Shown piece by piece: positions 1-12,358 of a DNA stretch of 64,000 nt (position 1 is the first letter of the stretch; each line of letters starts with the position of its first letter). The notes beneath the pieces were generated by a model. It worked only from the letters and a program-made list of their open reading frames with translations. It ran no database searches and was not told the DNA's origin. Both the position numbers and the translations under genes were made by a program. The stretch is from Squalus acanthias (Eukaryota). The stretch spans positions 1,364,001 to 1,428,000 of the forward strand of contig CM059433.1 in NCBI GenBank assembly GCA_030390025.1, in the 5' to 3' direction.

Positions 1-1552
1 GCATCTTTGAAAGTAGATAAATCGCCAGGCTCGGATAAAATGTATTCCAGGCTCTTAAGAGAAGCAAGGGAGGAAATAGCAGAGGCTCTGACCATCATTT
101 TCCAATCCTCTCTGGCTACAGGTGTGGTGCCGGAGGACTGGAGGACTGCTAATGTTGTACAGTTGTTTAAAAAGGGAGAAAGGGATAGACCGAGAAATTA
201 TAGGTCAGTCAGCCTAACCTCAGTGGTGAGAAAATTATTGGAAAAAATTCTGAGGGACAGTATTAACCGACATTTAGAAAGTCAGGGATCAATCACGGAC
301 ATTCAGCATGGATTTGTTAAGGGAAGGTCGTGTCTGACTAGCTTGATTGAACTTTTGAGGAGGTAACAAGGAGGGTCGATGAGGGTAGCATGTTTAATGT
401 AGTCTACATAGATCTTAGCAAGGCTTTTGGCAAGGTCCCACATGGCAGACTGATCAGAAAAGTAAAAGCCAGTGGGATCCAAGGGAAAATGGCAAGTTGG
501 ATCCAAAATTGGTTCAGTGGCAGGAAGCAAAGGGTAATGGTCGATGAGTGTTTTTGTGACTGGAAGGCTGTTTCCAATGGGGTTCCGCAGGGCTCAGTAC
601 TAGGTCCCTTGCTTTTGTGGTATATATCAATGATTTAGACTTCAATGTAGGGAGCGTGATTAAGAAGTTTACAGATGATACAAAAATTGGCCTTGTGGTT
701 GATAGTGAGGAAGAAAGCTGTAGCCTGCAGGAAGACATCAATGGACTGGTCAGGTGGGCAGAAAAGTGGCAAATGGAATTCAATCCGGAGAAGTGTGAGG
801 TGTTGCATTTGGGGAGGGCTAACAAGGCAAGGGCATACACAATAAATGGTAGGATACTGAGAAGTGTAGAGGGACAGAAGGACCTTGGAGTGCCTGTCCA
901 CAGATCCCTGAAGGTATCAGGAATGGTAGATATGGGTTTAAGAAGGCATATGGGATACTTTCCTTTATTAGCTGTGGTTTAGAATATAAGAGCAGAACAA
1001 CTATGCTTGAACTGTATAAAACACTAGTTAGGCCACAGCTAGAGTACTGCATGTAGTTTTGATCACCGCATTACAAGAAAGATGCAACTGCACTAGAAAG
1101 GGTATGGAGGAGGTTTACGAGGATGTTGCGAGGACTGGAGAATTTTAGCTATGAGGAAAGATTGGATGGGATGGGGTTGTTTTCTTTGGAACAGAGGAGG
1201 CTGAGGGGAGATTTAATTAGGGTGTATAAAATTATGAGGGGCCTAGATAGAGCAGATAGGAAGGACCTATTTCACTTAGCAGAGAGGTCAATAACCAGGG
1301 GGCATAGATTTAAAGTAATGTAGAAGGATTAGAGGGGAGTTGAGAATTTTTTTCACCCAAAGGTCTGGAACACACTACCTGAATGGGTGGTCGAGGTAGA
1401 AACTCTCACCGCACTCTCACTTGAAGTGTTGTAACCTACAAGGCTACAGACCAAGAGCTGGAAAGTGGGATTAGGCTGGATAGCTCTTTGTCGACCGGCA
1501 CAGGCGCGATGGGCAGAATGGCCTCCTTCTGTGCCGTAAGTTTCTATGATTC
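1..1552 (+). mobile_element. CR1 LINE, 3' part (RT region plus 3' tail), frameshifted, cut by window start
   Basis: ORFs 7-366, 390-638, 617-982 and 1123-1323 carry CR1 RT motifs (KSPG.D, NYR.VSLTS, QHGF.KGRSC, GVPQGSVLGP, KFTDDTK, RRLRGDLI). Ends in a ctatgattct tail. Confidence 0.95.
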
Positions 1553-1559
1553 TGGCAAC

Positions 1560-1650
1560 ACAATGTTCCCTCAGCACTGCACTAAAGTGTTGCCCTACAT
1601 TAGAGGCTCAAGTCCAGGAGTGGTTCTTGAAGCCATACCTTCTAATTCTC
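1560..1650 (-). mobile_element. Degenerate DeuSINE 5' fragment
   Basis: ccctcagcactgcact...gctcaagtc...gagtgg resembles the head region of the copies at 21090-21175 and 27840-27920. Confidence 0.55.
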
Positions 1651-2023
1651 ATTAAGAGAATTACCACTGATCCCAGTCAAGCTAGGAAAGGTAAAAGCAA
1701 AGGCAGCTTTCAACCCTTCTGAATATTGTTGTGAGAGGTAGAGTCATTCTGAACTCTTTTTTGAATTATTTGTGGGTAGTAGGGAGTAGGGGTGCTATCA
1801 ACTCTCCAGGGGGCTGTATGGGTATCCACGTGTGTGTTAGGTTTTTGGGTTTTTACTCTAGGTATTTTCCTTGGGCTTTGCATCAGAAACTGTTCCCATA
1901 AGTGAGCCTTCATCCCCTATAAACCGAAGTATGCTTAGACTTGCCCAGTACCTAGGTAATCGTAACAATTTCAAACACCAGACCCTTGTTTCAGCTTAGA
2001 CTATTTGCCGTCACGTAGTTTCC

Positions 2024-2340
2024 TAGGCTGGGACTTTGCTCACCTCCATGGGTCCGGTGCGGGCGATGTCGGGGGCGGGGGCGGGGGCCGACCCCGCTGC
2101 TAGCTCCATCCCGCTGCCTAAAATGAATTTACGTTGATAGGGCTTGTTAAGCCCCGCCCAGCGCGTTTCCCAGCCCAATTAGAGGAAGCGGGTCTGGTGA
2201 CGTCATTCATGACGCGTCATCAGCCGGTTTCCATGGCCACCTTACTTTTGACGTTTGTGCTGTCAGTGTTCCACAGCATTGAGGTGCTGCAAATACTGAC
2301 AATGACTGCATAGAGGTGCAGGGCTGCACCCAGGCTCTCC
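2024..2340 (+). mobile_element. Harbinger-family left-end fragment
   Basis: GC-rich. gggcttgttaagccc...cccaatta resembles gggctcgttaagccc...cccaatca at about 28552-28592 in the complete Harbinger. Confidence 0.5.
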
Positions 2341-2432
2341 GAGGTTACAAAAGCATGGATGAGGGCTTCAGCAGCAGATAGGCTGAGACAGGGACGGAGA
2401 CGGGCGATATTACGGAGGTGGGAGTAGGTGGC
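2340..2432 (-). mobile_element. L2 LINE RT fragment
   Basis: Translates to HLRNIARLRPCLSLSAAEALIHAFVTS, the same motif as the L2 at 48302-49231. Confidence 0.8.
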
Positions 2433-2492
2433 CATTGTGATGCCTAGCCCAAGGGTGCTGAGAACAGTTGGAACACCAAAGGGGGAACAATT

Positions 2493-5400
2493 ACATAAGA
2501 ACATAAGAACATAAGAAATAGGAGCAGGAGTAGGCCAATCGGCCCCTCGAGCCTGCTCCGCCATTCAATAAGATCATGGCTGATCTGATCCTAACCGCCA
2601 ATCTACTATCTATCACAGAACCATCTCCTGCATCTAACAGAATTGCACGCACGAAATAGGAGCAGAATCAGGCTACACGGTCCCTGGGCCCGCTCCACTA
2701 CCCACAGGGCCATGACCGGATCCGAACCTAGACTCATGTCCAAATTCCTGCCCGCTCCCCGTAACCCTTAATGCCCTTTACTTCTAGGAAACTGTCTATT
2801 TCTGTTTTAAATTTATTTAATGATGTAGCTTCTACAGCTTTTTGTGGCAGCATATTCCATGGACCTACCACCCTCTGAGTGAAGTAGTTCCTCCTCATCT
2901 CAGTTTTGAAAGAGCAGCCCCTTATTCTAAGACTATGTCCCCTAGTTCTAGTCTCACCCGTCATCGGGAACATCCTCCCCGCATCCACCCGATCCAACCC
3001 CTTCACAATCTTATATGTTTCAATAAGATCGCCTCTCATTCTTCTGAACTCCAATGAGTAGAGTCCCAATCTACCCAACCTCTCCTCATATGACCACCCC
3101 CTCATCCCCGGGATTAACCGAGTGAACCTTTTTTGTACTGCCTCGAGAGCAAGGATGTCTTTCCTTAAGTAAGGACACCAAAACTGTATGCAGTATTCCA
3201 GGTGCGGTCTCACCAATACCTTGTACAACTGAAGCAATACCTCCCTATTTTTATATTCAATCCCCCTAGCAATGAAAGCCAACATTCCATTTGCCTTCTT
3301 AATCACTTGCTGGAGCTGCATACTAACCTTTTGAGTTTCGTGCACCAGGACCCCCAGATCCCTTTGCACTTCAGTACTCTCCAGTTTCTTGCCATTAAGA
3401 TAATAAATTGCTCTAGGATTTTTCCTGCCAAAGTGCATCACCTCACACTTTCCAGTGTTGTATTCCATCTGCCAAATCTCTGCCCACTTACTTAGCCTGT
3501 CTATGTCCCCTTGCAGGTTTTTTATGTCCTCCTCACTCACTACTTTCCCTCCCATCTTTGTATCATCTGCAAATTTTGATATGTTACACTTGGTCCCTTC
3601 CTCCAAATCGTTAATATAGATTGTGAAGAGTTGGGGACCCAGCACTGACCCCTGTGGAACACCACTAGTTACTGATTGCCAGTCTGAGAATGAACCATTT
3701 ATCCCAACTCTTTGCTTTGTGTTAGATAGCCAATCTTCTATCCATGCCAGAATATTACCCCCAATCCCGTGATTTTTTTACCTTAAGCAATAATCTTTTG
3801 TGTGGCACCTTGTCAAATGCCTTTTGGAAGTCTAAATACACTACGTCCACTGGTTCCCCTTTATCCACTCTATATGTTACTTCCTCAAAGAACTCCAGCA
3901 AATTTGTCAAACATGACTTCCCCTTCGTAAAACCATGTTGACTTTGTCCTATTAAATTATGATTATCCAAATGTCCTGTTACTGTTTCCTTAATAATGGA
4001 CTCCAAAATTTTACCTACCACAGATGTTAGGCTAACCGGTCTATAGTTACCAGCCTTCTGTCTACTGCCCTTTTTAAATAAGGGTGTTACATTAGCAGTT
4101 TTCCAGTCTGCCGGGACCTTAGCGGAATCCAGGGAGTTTTGAAAAATTATTACCAATGCATCTACAATCCCTACCGCCACTTCCTTCAAGACTCTAGGAT
4201 GTAAGCCATCAGGTCCAGGTGATTTATCCGCCTTGAGTCCCATTATTTTACCAAGTACCACTTCCTTAGTGATTTTGATTGTGTTTAGCTCCTCTCCCCC
4301 TATAGCCCCCTGTTTGTCCAGTGTTGGGATATTCTTAGTGTCCTCTACTGTAAAGACTGATACAAAATATTCATTCAGTGTTTTTGCCATCTCCATATTT
4401 CCCACCATTAATTTCCCGGTCTCATCCTCTAAGGGACCAACATTTACTTTAGCCACCCTTTTTCTTTTTATATAACTATAAAAACTCTTACTATCTGTTT
4501 TTATATTTTTTGCTAATTTACTTTCATAATCTATCTTCCCTTTCTTAATCAATCTTTTTGTTATTTTTTGCTGCCTTTTAAATTTTTCCCAATCCTCTGT
4601 CCTCCCACTAGATTTCGCTACCTTATATGCCCTTGTTTTTAGTCGAATACTATCCTTAATTTCTTTACTTAGCCACGGATGACTGTCCTTTCTTTTACAC
4701 CCTTTTCTTTTCAGTGGAATATATTTTTTTGGAAGTTGTAAAATAACTCCTTGAATGTACACCACTGATCATGTGTCGTCTTACCCTTTAATCTATTTTC
4801 CCAATCCACTCTACTCAATTCCGCTCGCATACCTTCATAGTCTCCTTTATTCAAGCTTAGCACGCTTGTTTGAGATCCAACCTTCTCACCCTCTAATTGA
4901 ATATGGAATTCAACCATGTTATGGTCACTCATTCCAAGGGGATCCTTTACTAGGACATTTTTAATTAATCCTGTCTCGTTACACAGGACCAGATCTAAGG
5001 TTGCTTGCCCCCTGGTCGGTTCAGTTACATACTGCTCAAGAAACCCATCCCTAATACACTCAATGAACTCATCCTCAAGGCAGCCCTGCCCCATTTGATT
5101 TGTCCAATTAATATGATAGTTAAAATCCCCCATAATTATAGATGTTCCCTTATTACATGCCTCAACTATTTCCTGATTGATACTCCGTCCAACAGAGTTG
5201 CAACTGTTCGGAGGCCTATAGACTACGCCCACTAGTGTTTTTTTCCCCTTATTATTCCTTATCTCCACCCAAACTGTTTCATTATCATGATTTTTTGACC
5301 CAATATCATTACTCTGTATTACAGTGATTCCTTCCTTTATTAACATAGCCACCCCACCTCCCCTTCCTTCCTGCCTGTCCTTCCTGATCGTTAAATAACC

Positions 5401-5756
5401 TGGTATGTTTAATTCCCAGGCATTGTCACCCTGCAGCCATGTTTCTGTAATGGCCGCAATATCATAACCATATGTAGTTATTTGTGCCATTAACTCGTCT
5501 ATTTTGTTACGAATGCTATGTGCATTCAGATAGAGAACTTTCAAATATGCTTTGTGGCACTTAGTTCCTGCTTTTTCACTTTTTACCACTTTACCTTTTA
5601 CTCCACACACTCTGTCCCTTCCTGCCACGCTCTGATTTGTGATTCCCCTACTGCTACCTATGTCTATGACCCTCTCTGTTGTCATTTTTATTTTTTGCTC
5701 TCTTGAAACCTCCCCCCCACTAATTAGTTTAAAGCCCTCTCCACAGCCCTAGTTAT
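2493..5756 (-). mobile_element. CR1 LINE with near-complete ORF2, 5'-truncated within the end of ORF1
   Basis: ORFs 4711-5685, 3755-4765 and 2734-3645 give the APE endonuclease then the RT. The (TTCTTATG)n tail is at about 2493-2520. Confidence 0.97.
2734..5685 (-). pseudogene. CR1 ORF2 (APE endonuclease plus reverse transcriptase) broken by two frameshifts
   Basis: Motifs YLNAHSI, ITETWL, GDFN, LDLVL, SDHN, then RPVSLTS, YLDFQKAFD, KFADDTK. Confidence 0.93.
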
Positions 5757-6314
5757 TGAAATGACTTCAGCTGAGGTTCGCTACCTTAGCAGAGACCAGG
5801 GATTTTCCTGGTCTAAATGACTCAGTTCCGCACCAAACTGTGCATTTATCAATTCAACTATAGTGAAAACTTCTATACTAGAATTTGCGGGACACTGGAA
5901 ACCTGCCAGTGGCACCGTGGGCCGTAGTTAACGGCCGCCCAGTATTTTGGTGCTGCCTGCTAATTTAAATTAGCGCAGCGCTAAACCTACCATGCAAGAC
6001 TGGTTTTCCGGTGCTACTCTCAGCAGGAGGCCCAATGTAATGTGGCCGTAGTGTCCCCGGAGCAAGAGCAGCGTTGTCTTAAAGCAAGGCTGTCATTTTA
6101 GACAACAGTGTCGGTCCCTTAAAGGGGAACTGCCTTCTAAAATGAAAAAAATAAAAATAATTTAAAAATAGGCAGTTTTTAGCCCTCAGAGCACAACTGC
6201 CTTCTGAAAAAAAATAAACATTAAAACTAATTCCCAAATGGCAATCTTCAACTCTTAAAGCTGAACTGCCTTCCGCACACAAAAAAAGGTAAAAGAGCTT
6301 CAGCACTGACACAA

Positions 6315-6545
6315 ATGGCTCAACAGGCCAGGGAAGGGGCACCCAGGGTCTCACACTCAGCACTCCAGCTTTGTGCAGGGGGTCAACACAGCAAGAGAGG
6401 TCCTCTACCCACAGGGGCCAGGAGGCCCTCCAGAAAGAATGATGTGGGACCAGATCACCGAGGCTGTCACTGCCAGCAGTGTTGCCCCCACCACCTGGCT
6501 CCAGTGCCCAAAGAAGCTTCATGACCTCAGACCACTGGTCAAGGT
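6315..6545 (+). pseudogene. Myb/SANT-like DNA-binding protein remnant (Harbinger accessory gene)
   Basis: MAQQAREGAPR...REVLYP...WDQITEAVTA...TWLQCPKKLHDL across a frameshift, paralogous to 28714-28952. Confidence 0.75.
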
Positions 6546-7496
6546 CAGTGAATGCATCTTCAAAAGCCGTCTCCTACCAATTGCATCACTAGCCTTGCAC
6601 ACTGCTCAATGCACGACTCACCCCTCCCCCATCACTCACCTACCAACAATCTGTACCAAAAATGAGGCTCACCTCACATTCCTAGTTTCAACTCACCCCC
6701 CTTGAAAGGGTACAAGATGCTGGTATCCTCGTACATTATTCTCCTACTCACATCCCACTTCCCCCTCATCCCACAATATCATCTGAGTTACAAGGTGCAT
6801 ATGGTGTAAGTATGCACCTCTTGCTTTCCTGCCCTCCCTTCACCACAACTCCACCCTTGTGCCTTCCTCATTTCACACACCAAAGAAATCCAGCCAGCCC
6901 AGCCAGTGGTTGACCAATAAGAGGAAGAGGAGAGTGAAGAAGAAGAAGAAGAAGAAACACCATTATTTGATTTGACACTCCCAGCCACCAGCTCCTTGAG
7001 GTCATCCTGCAAGGCCATTTGCAGTGTCCCCCACTGAAAGTCAGCAGCCTTCCACCAGCCATGCTGCAGCCACTGGGGTAGTACTGTGTGACATCAGTAG
7101 GATAGGCAAAGGCACACACAAGACAGTCACTAAGAGAACGCACAAGGGTGGTTAGTTGAATTCTTGGTGTCATATTGGATGGATAGATGTATAAAGTTGG
7201 ATTGGAAAGTTTGCTTTGTGGTGGCTTTTATTTCAGCATCATGGCCAAGAGGACGCTGTGATGGTCAGTAACAGAGGGAAGGGAAGGTGTGGGACAAATG
7301 TTGAAAGGGGAATTGGGATTGTGGTCACTGGTACTGCAGGCGGGTGATTCCATCCTGGATATCCCGGCCAGAAATGGGCTGTCTGGGTTGCATCCTCCTC
7401 TTCCGCATCCTCCACTTCCACATCCTCCTCTTCCGCTTCCTCCTCTTCTGCATCTTCCTCTTCTCTCTGCGAGTGGCTGCTGGAAATCCGAAAGGA

Positions 7497-7617
7497 AAGC
7501 AGAAAATGCTGGAAATACTCAGCAGATCAGACAACATCTTGACCTGAAACGTTAACTCTGTTTCTCTCTCCACAAATGCTGCCTGACCTGCTGAGTATTT
7601 TCAGCATTTTCTGTCTT
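7497..7617. mobile_element. Penelope-like inverted-repeat element, family A (hammerhead core deleted)
   Basis: cagaaaatgctggaaatactcagcag ... ctgctgagtattttcagcattttctg forms a palindrome containing gaaacgttaactctg. Confidence 0.7.
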
Positions 7618-8121
7618 TTCAGAGGCCTTCCTTTACCATCTGAAGCCTTGCAAGTGTCCAGCAGCACTCCCTGCACTCCATGCACACATTAATAACTTTT
7701 TACGTCTATGGCACCATGCCACTACTTCAATAAAATATACAAAAACCAGTCCAAATGCTTAAATCCTAACTTACCTGAAAGATGTGTGTGTCCATGTAAG
7801 AAGCGCCGACAGCATCTCTGCAGGGCTGCTGCACGCTCGCTGTTCTGAGCTTAGGGCCCGGCAGTAAACTCAGCAAAAAGATCGAAGTTTGCAGACATGG
7901 CGTCAAGTCGGCGTTGCACGCGACTGACGTCACGCTCTGCTGATTTACATTTCTGGGGCCAACGACAGCGCTATGACCCTTACCAAAATGGCGCCACCGT
8001 GTCCCGCGCCAGAGGTGGGCGGAAGCGAGGTGGCCGCCATTTTTTTCTCCGAAACGGGCCTAAACGGCCAGCGATTACAGTGCGAATTTCTAGGCCCTAA
8101 TCTCCAGAGATTAGAAATATT

Positions 8122-8882
8122 GGCCCAAAAATTCGGCCGTTCTCGGGTGAGTACACAATCCGTACTCACCCGTATTCATTCCCGAAGTGCCGGTTTCCTG
8201 CATGCACTGCGCATGCGCGGGAAACCGGCACTTCCGGTCTGGTGAAGGGGGCGGTTCCTAGGTGAACCACGTGCGCGGTAGAGGCTGCACGTACGCAGCA
8301 CACTTAGATTTTTTTCAGGTTTCAACGCGAGGGTAAGTATTGAAGATTCTACGCAAGTAAAAAGGAGGCGTAAGACCCCTTTTGAACAAGGTAAGTAGTT
8401 AATTAAGTATAATTTTAAATTTTTTTCAAGAGGTTTATCTTTTTTAGAGACTTTAAAGAAAGTTAAGTTTATTTTTATAACTTTTAAAAAGTATTTTAAT
8501 TTTTTCAAAAATTAAAATTTTTGTTTAAAGTGGTTAATTTATTTAACTATAGTTATTTTATAAATGTGATGGTTTTAAAAAAAAAATTATTTGAGGTTTA
8601 GCTGTTCTTTTGGGGCCGATTTCAATTCACAGATTTGACAGGCTGTCAAATCTATGAATGAAAGATGGTCTGCTGCCATTGGCTCTCCATGGCCCACGTG
8701 ATCCCAGGGGTCGCATCGCACTAACTGAAAACCCTGGAACACACAAGCACTGCGCGCCGGCTCTTGGGAGAGGCCCGGGACCCGAAGTTCCTGTGGGCTG
8801 AAAACACAACGGCAGGCGCGGTGGGTAAGAGCGCGCGCGATCCTTACCCCCGCGGCAAGCCGGCCTCGCGAATTTCTAGGCC
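8122..8882. mobile_element. Harbinger-type MITE (761 bp)
   Basis: Termini GGCCCAAAAATTCG and GGCCTAGAAATTCG (reverse complement). TSD ATT at 8119-8121 and 8883-8885. AT-rich core. Confidence 0.85.
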
Positions 8883-9112
8883 ATTATCACTGTAGTAAAT
8901 ACTAGAATCCAAGGAATAGTGTATAACATAATGCAGAATGCATCAGGCAGAGTAGAAGTGCAGTCAATCAATAATAGGATCATGCACCAAAATGGTTACA
9001 GAGATATTGGAACAGCCACACAAATCGGAGATAATACTCAGTGCAAGTAATAGCTCCACATTAAAAAACATTTAACTTCAGAATGGGAGAGGTTGCAGTA
9101 ATATTTATATTA

Positions 9113-9193
9113 CAGTCCCATAGAGATTGCAATCAGTTTCCATAGAGACTGCATTCAGTTTCCATAGAGATTACACTTAGTTTCCCTGGAGAT
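9113..9193. repeat. 22-bp tandem repeat, about 3.5 copies
   Basis: Unit approximately atagagattgcaatcagtttcc. Confidence 0.75.
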
Positions 9194-9469
9194 TATGTAA
9201 AATGACAGCTCACATTCAGCAATATTTCGGGAGAAAGGAACAGTCTGGGTAAAAAGTTTAAATAGAATTAGGTGCTTGAGATGAGCATTCAGATAAACTT
9301 TAGCTCAGGTTCATATTTGAAAGGTCCGATGTTCAAAGTCATTAAATCCCAATCCAGCATGAAAGGCCAAACTGGAATAGATCAGTTGCTGCACAGGCAA
9401 CTGCTTCCATTTGACCTTCAATACACCATCGACACCAACATAGACCCAAACATGGGGTCTATGGGGAGG

Positions 9470-9747
9470 TGGATGGACAATAATGGGCAAGAGATACAGG
9501 GGGGTTGTGAGGAAAAACCTTTTTACGCAGCGAGTGGTGAGGACCTGGAACTCGCTGCCGACGGAAGTGGTGGAAGCGGAGACACTCAATGTTTCCAAGG
9601 GGAGACTGGATAGGCACTTGAGGGAAATAAACTTGCAGGGCTCCGAGGATAGAGCGGGGGAATGGGGCTGACTGGATTGCTCTACAGAAAGCCGGCACGG
9701 ACTCGGTGGGCTGAATGGCCTCCTTCTGTGCCGTTATGACTCTATGA
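9470..9747 (+). mobile_element. CR1 3' end fragment
   Basis: FTQRVVRTWNSLP followed by a tatgactctatgac tail. Same subfamily as 34515-35063. Confidence 0.9.
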
Positions 9748-9802
9748 CTAATCACCACTAGACCACTAAAGACTCGAACACACAAGAGGCATCAGATGGC
9801 CC

Positions 9803-9865
9803 CAAACAACAACAACTTATATTTATATAGCACCTTTAACGTAGTAAAATGTCCCAAGGTGCTTA
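9803..9865 (-). mobile_element. L2 3' tail fragment
   Basis: Reverse complement of the L2 tail at 49535-49596, including (GTT)n. Confidence 0.75.
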
Positions 9866-11229
9866 AACCCACACAGACTACCAGAAACTCAGCATATGCT
9901 CAATGATATTTTTACTCTCGGGCCTTTCTCTCCCATAACCTTGCATCAAAGCGAAGCGAATCCAGGAATTTCGCCTCAACCTCCCTACCTGGAAGTCCAT
10001 TCCATCTGTTTACTTTTCTTTGTGAAGAATTCCTGACATGAGCCCTTATTTCAGCTGTCACCAGTTTGAACTGTGACCCCTGCTAACAGTTTAGTTTTAA
10101 GCAGTGTTTCAGATTTATCTTCTCTATTCCATTTAATAGCGTACCTCCGTCTATAGTTGCACAAGAAACAGGAACAAGGAAGACCGAGATGGGCACTGAT
10201 TATCTCCCCTTTGACATTTAGGATTATCTAGTAATTCAGTTGAATACACTTCCTCTTTAAAACAAATAAACAAACAAACAGAAAGAAGATAGGGCCCTTT
10301 TAAGATCATATCTGATAAGATATTGTTCCAGTTCTATTGATGTACCAGTCTATTAAATAGCCCTTGAGATCAGCATTCCCTCCACCTTTACTGAGCTCGT
10401 CCTGAAAAGACGTCACTACACATGTTTGTGGAAATATCTTTTATCTGCAGCAAGATTAATAGGGTTAAAATATATCTGTTATATACCTCTACAACATAAA
10501 GAGCCACTCGAGCTGCCAGGAGCCATTAACTGGAAGCACTATAAAATGTAATTAAGTGGAACACTGTTATCATTTAGTGCGGCTATAACTTCCCCCAAAA
10601 GAGGGCCATCATGTAAATAAGATGCAAATGATATTCCTGGAATTTTGTTTGCGGGCTATCCGGTTGTGACAATTGCTGCCATTCAGTGTGGAGCGCAACA
10701 CTGGAGCATTATTGTGACAGGCGACAGACAAGCACTTTATTGCAGACTAGGCAATAAAAGTGAATGAGGTGAACAGAATAGGTAATGTCAAATGGCAGGG
10801 AGACACCTCACACAAAGGCTTCTGTCAATGAGATGCGAGTTCTTTTGATGTTTTGAGTGGAGTAGACGGAAATGTTATTTTTCAACTGCTAGTACTACTA
10901 AAAAGCAAAGATTTAAACGTGCCCGTTAATCTAGTGCTAACTTTGTAAGACCCTGACTGTATGTATCTACCAGCACTGAGTAATGTAACCTCTAATAGGA
11001 ATGCATGTAAATGTTATTGAATGGAATAAAAAAGGTAGATATGTTGGACTGGAAGATATAAAGATCGCATGACTGATACTATAGTAATATTAGTGGGATT
11101 TAATAGAAGAATAGAGGAAAATATAAATTAAATTATAATATGTACAGGATTTGCTCATCCCTTCTGCCAGGCAGCGAAATAAAACCCAATGGGATGCTCC
11201 AAGATCATGAAAGGGGATATATAAATGCA

Positions 11230-11356
11230 ATCCAGTTCTGACGAAGGGTCCTCGACCCGAAACGTTGACTCTGTTTCTCTCTCCTCGATGCTGCCTGACC
11301 TGCTGAGTGTTTCCAGCATTTTCTGTTGTTATTTCCAGCATCTGCAGTATTTTGCT
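11230..11356 (+). mobile_element. Penelope-like repeat, family A
   Basis: Shares ...ctctgtttctctc...gatgctgcctgacctgctgagt...ttccagcattttctg with 7540, 23390 and 50016. Confidence 0.75.
11234..11270 (+). ncRNA. Minimal type I hammerhead ribozyme motif
   Basis: AGUU-CUGACGA-A-GGGUC(cuc)GACCC-GAAA-CG-UU-GACU: intact core, 5-bp stem II, palindromic stem III, 4-bp stem I. Confidence 0.75.
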
Positions 11357-11374
11357 ATTGTGTATAAATGCAAG

Positions 11375-11375
11375 T

Positions 11376-11419
<44 letters not shown>

Positions 11420-11420
11420 T
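11375..11420. repeat. (TTTC)n microsatellite
   Basis: Visible directly, following a tataaatgcaag SINE/L2-type tail. Confidence 0.95.
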
Positions 11421-11557
11421 CAATGCGCTTCAGTTCCCATTAGTAAGTTCACCACAGGAGCACACCAGCAGTGGATATCCATCAATATGTCCATCATTGC
11501 TAAAGAAAATGGTAAAATCCCCGATATGAACTCCCCTGGATCGAATAACTCCGAAAT

Positions 11558-11650
11558 TGAGAGGTCGCACAACACCAGGTTATAGTCCAACAGTTTTATT
11601 TGAAATCACAAGCTTTCGGAGCTATCGATTTGCTCCTTCCTCAGGTGACT
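11558..11650 (-). mobile_element. Penelope-like repeat, family B, with hammerhead motif at 11606-11648
   Basis: Minus strand reads UCAC-CUGAGGA-A-GGAGC(aaaucgaua)GCUCC-GAAA-GC-UU-GUGA. Confidence 0.75.
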
Positions 11651-12019
11651 CCGTCAGATACAATAAGGCAGGATGGCCTGTATTTAAAGGATGGAGCTTG
11701 TCTGAGGTTCAGACATGCTCTTATCTCTTTAACTGGTTACTGGTCATAATTGCACCCTGCGAGTTATCCAATAAATAACACACTTCTGCTATTTTTAGCA
11801 CTCTTTAGCACATACACATAAAATATATTGGGTGAGCACAGCAGGTTGACATCTTTAAGAGAAAGGTAGGTTACCATTTCAGGTGTGAGTCTTCAACCAA
11901 ACAGTTCTTTCTCTTTTAGATGCTAATTTACCTGCTTTGCATTTCCAATATTTTCTGGGAGGGAGGGAAAGGTTTCCAGCCTTCATGATTTCCTCTTTAT
12001 CAACACTCGTAACATATGT

Positions 12020-12335
12020 TATTTTTGAATATTAAGGGAATCAAGGGACATTGCTGTTTGTGGGAGCTTGCTGTGCACAAATTGGCTGCCGCGTTTCCCA
12101 CATTACGACAGTGACTCCACTTCAAAAGTACTCCATTGGCTGTAAAGCGCTTTGAGACCTCCGGTGGTCGTGAAAGGCGCTATAGAAATGCAAGTCTTTC
12201 TTTCTTCTTTTTTCTATGGGGATAGTGCAGGAAAGTGGAGATGAGGTAGAAGATCAGCCATGATCTTATTGAATGGCAGAGCAGGTTCGAGGGGCCAAAT
12301 GGCCGGCTCCTGCTCCTATTTCTTATGTTCTTATT
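12020..12335 (+). mobile_element. CR1 3' tail interrupted by a DeuSINE 3' fragment (about 12049-12215)
   Basis: ggaatcaaggga|...|tatggggatagtgcagg rejoins across the SINE tail, which ends gcgctatagaaatgcaagtctttc. Confidence 0.85.
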
Positions 12336-12358
12336 ACTCAGTTCCTGGCAAACATATT

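Larger units (their letters stand above)
5875..8098. mobile_element. Decayed, internally deleted Harbinger transposon
   Basis: Right end gcgaatttctaggccc matches the Harbinger-type TIR seen at 8882. The left end (ctagaatttgcg) is degenerate. Contains a Myb/SANT-like remnant and an acidic transposase-tail remnant at about 7340-7470. Confidence 0.75.
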
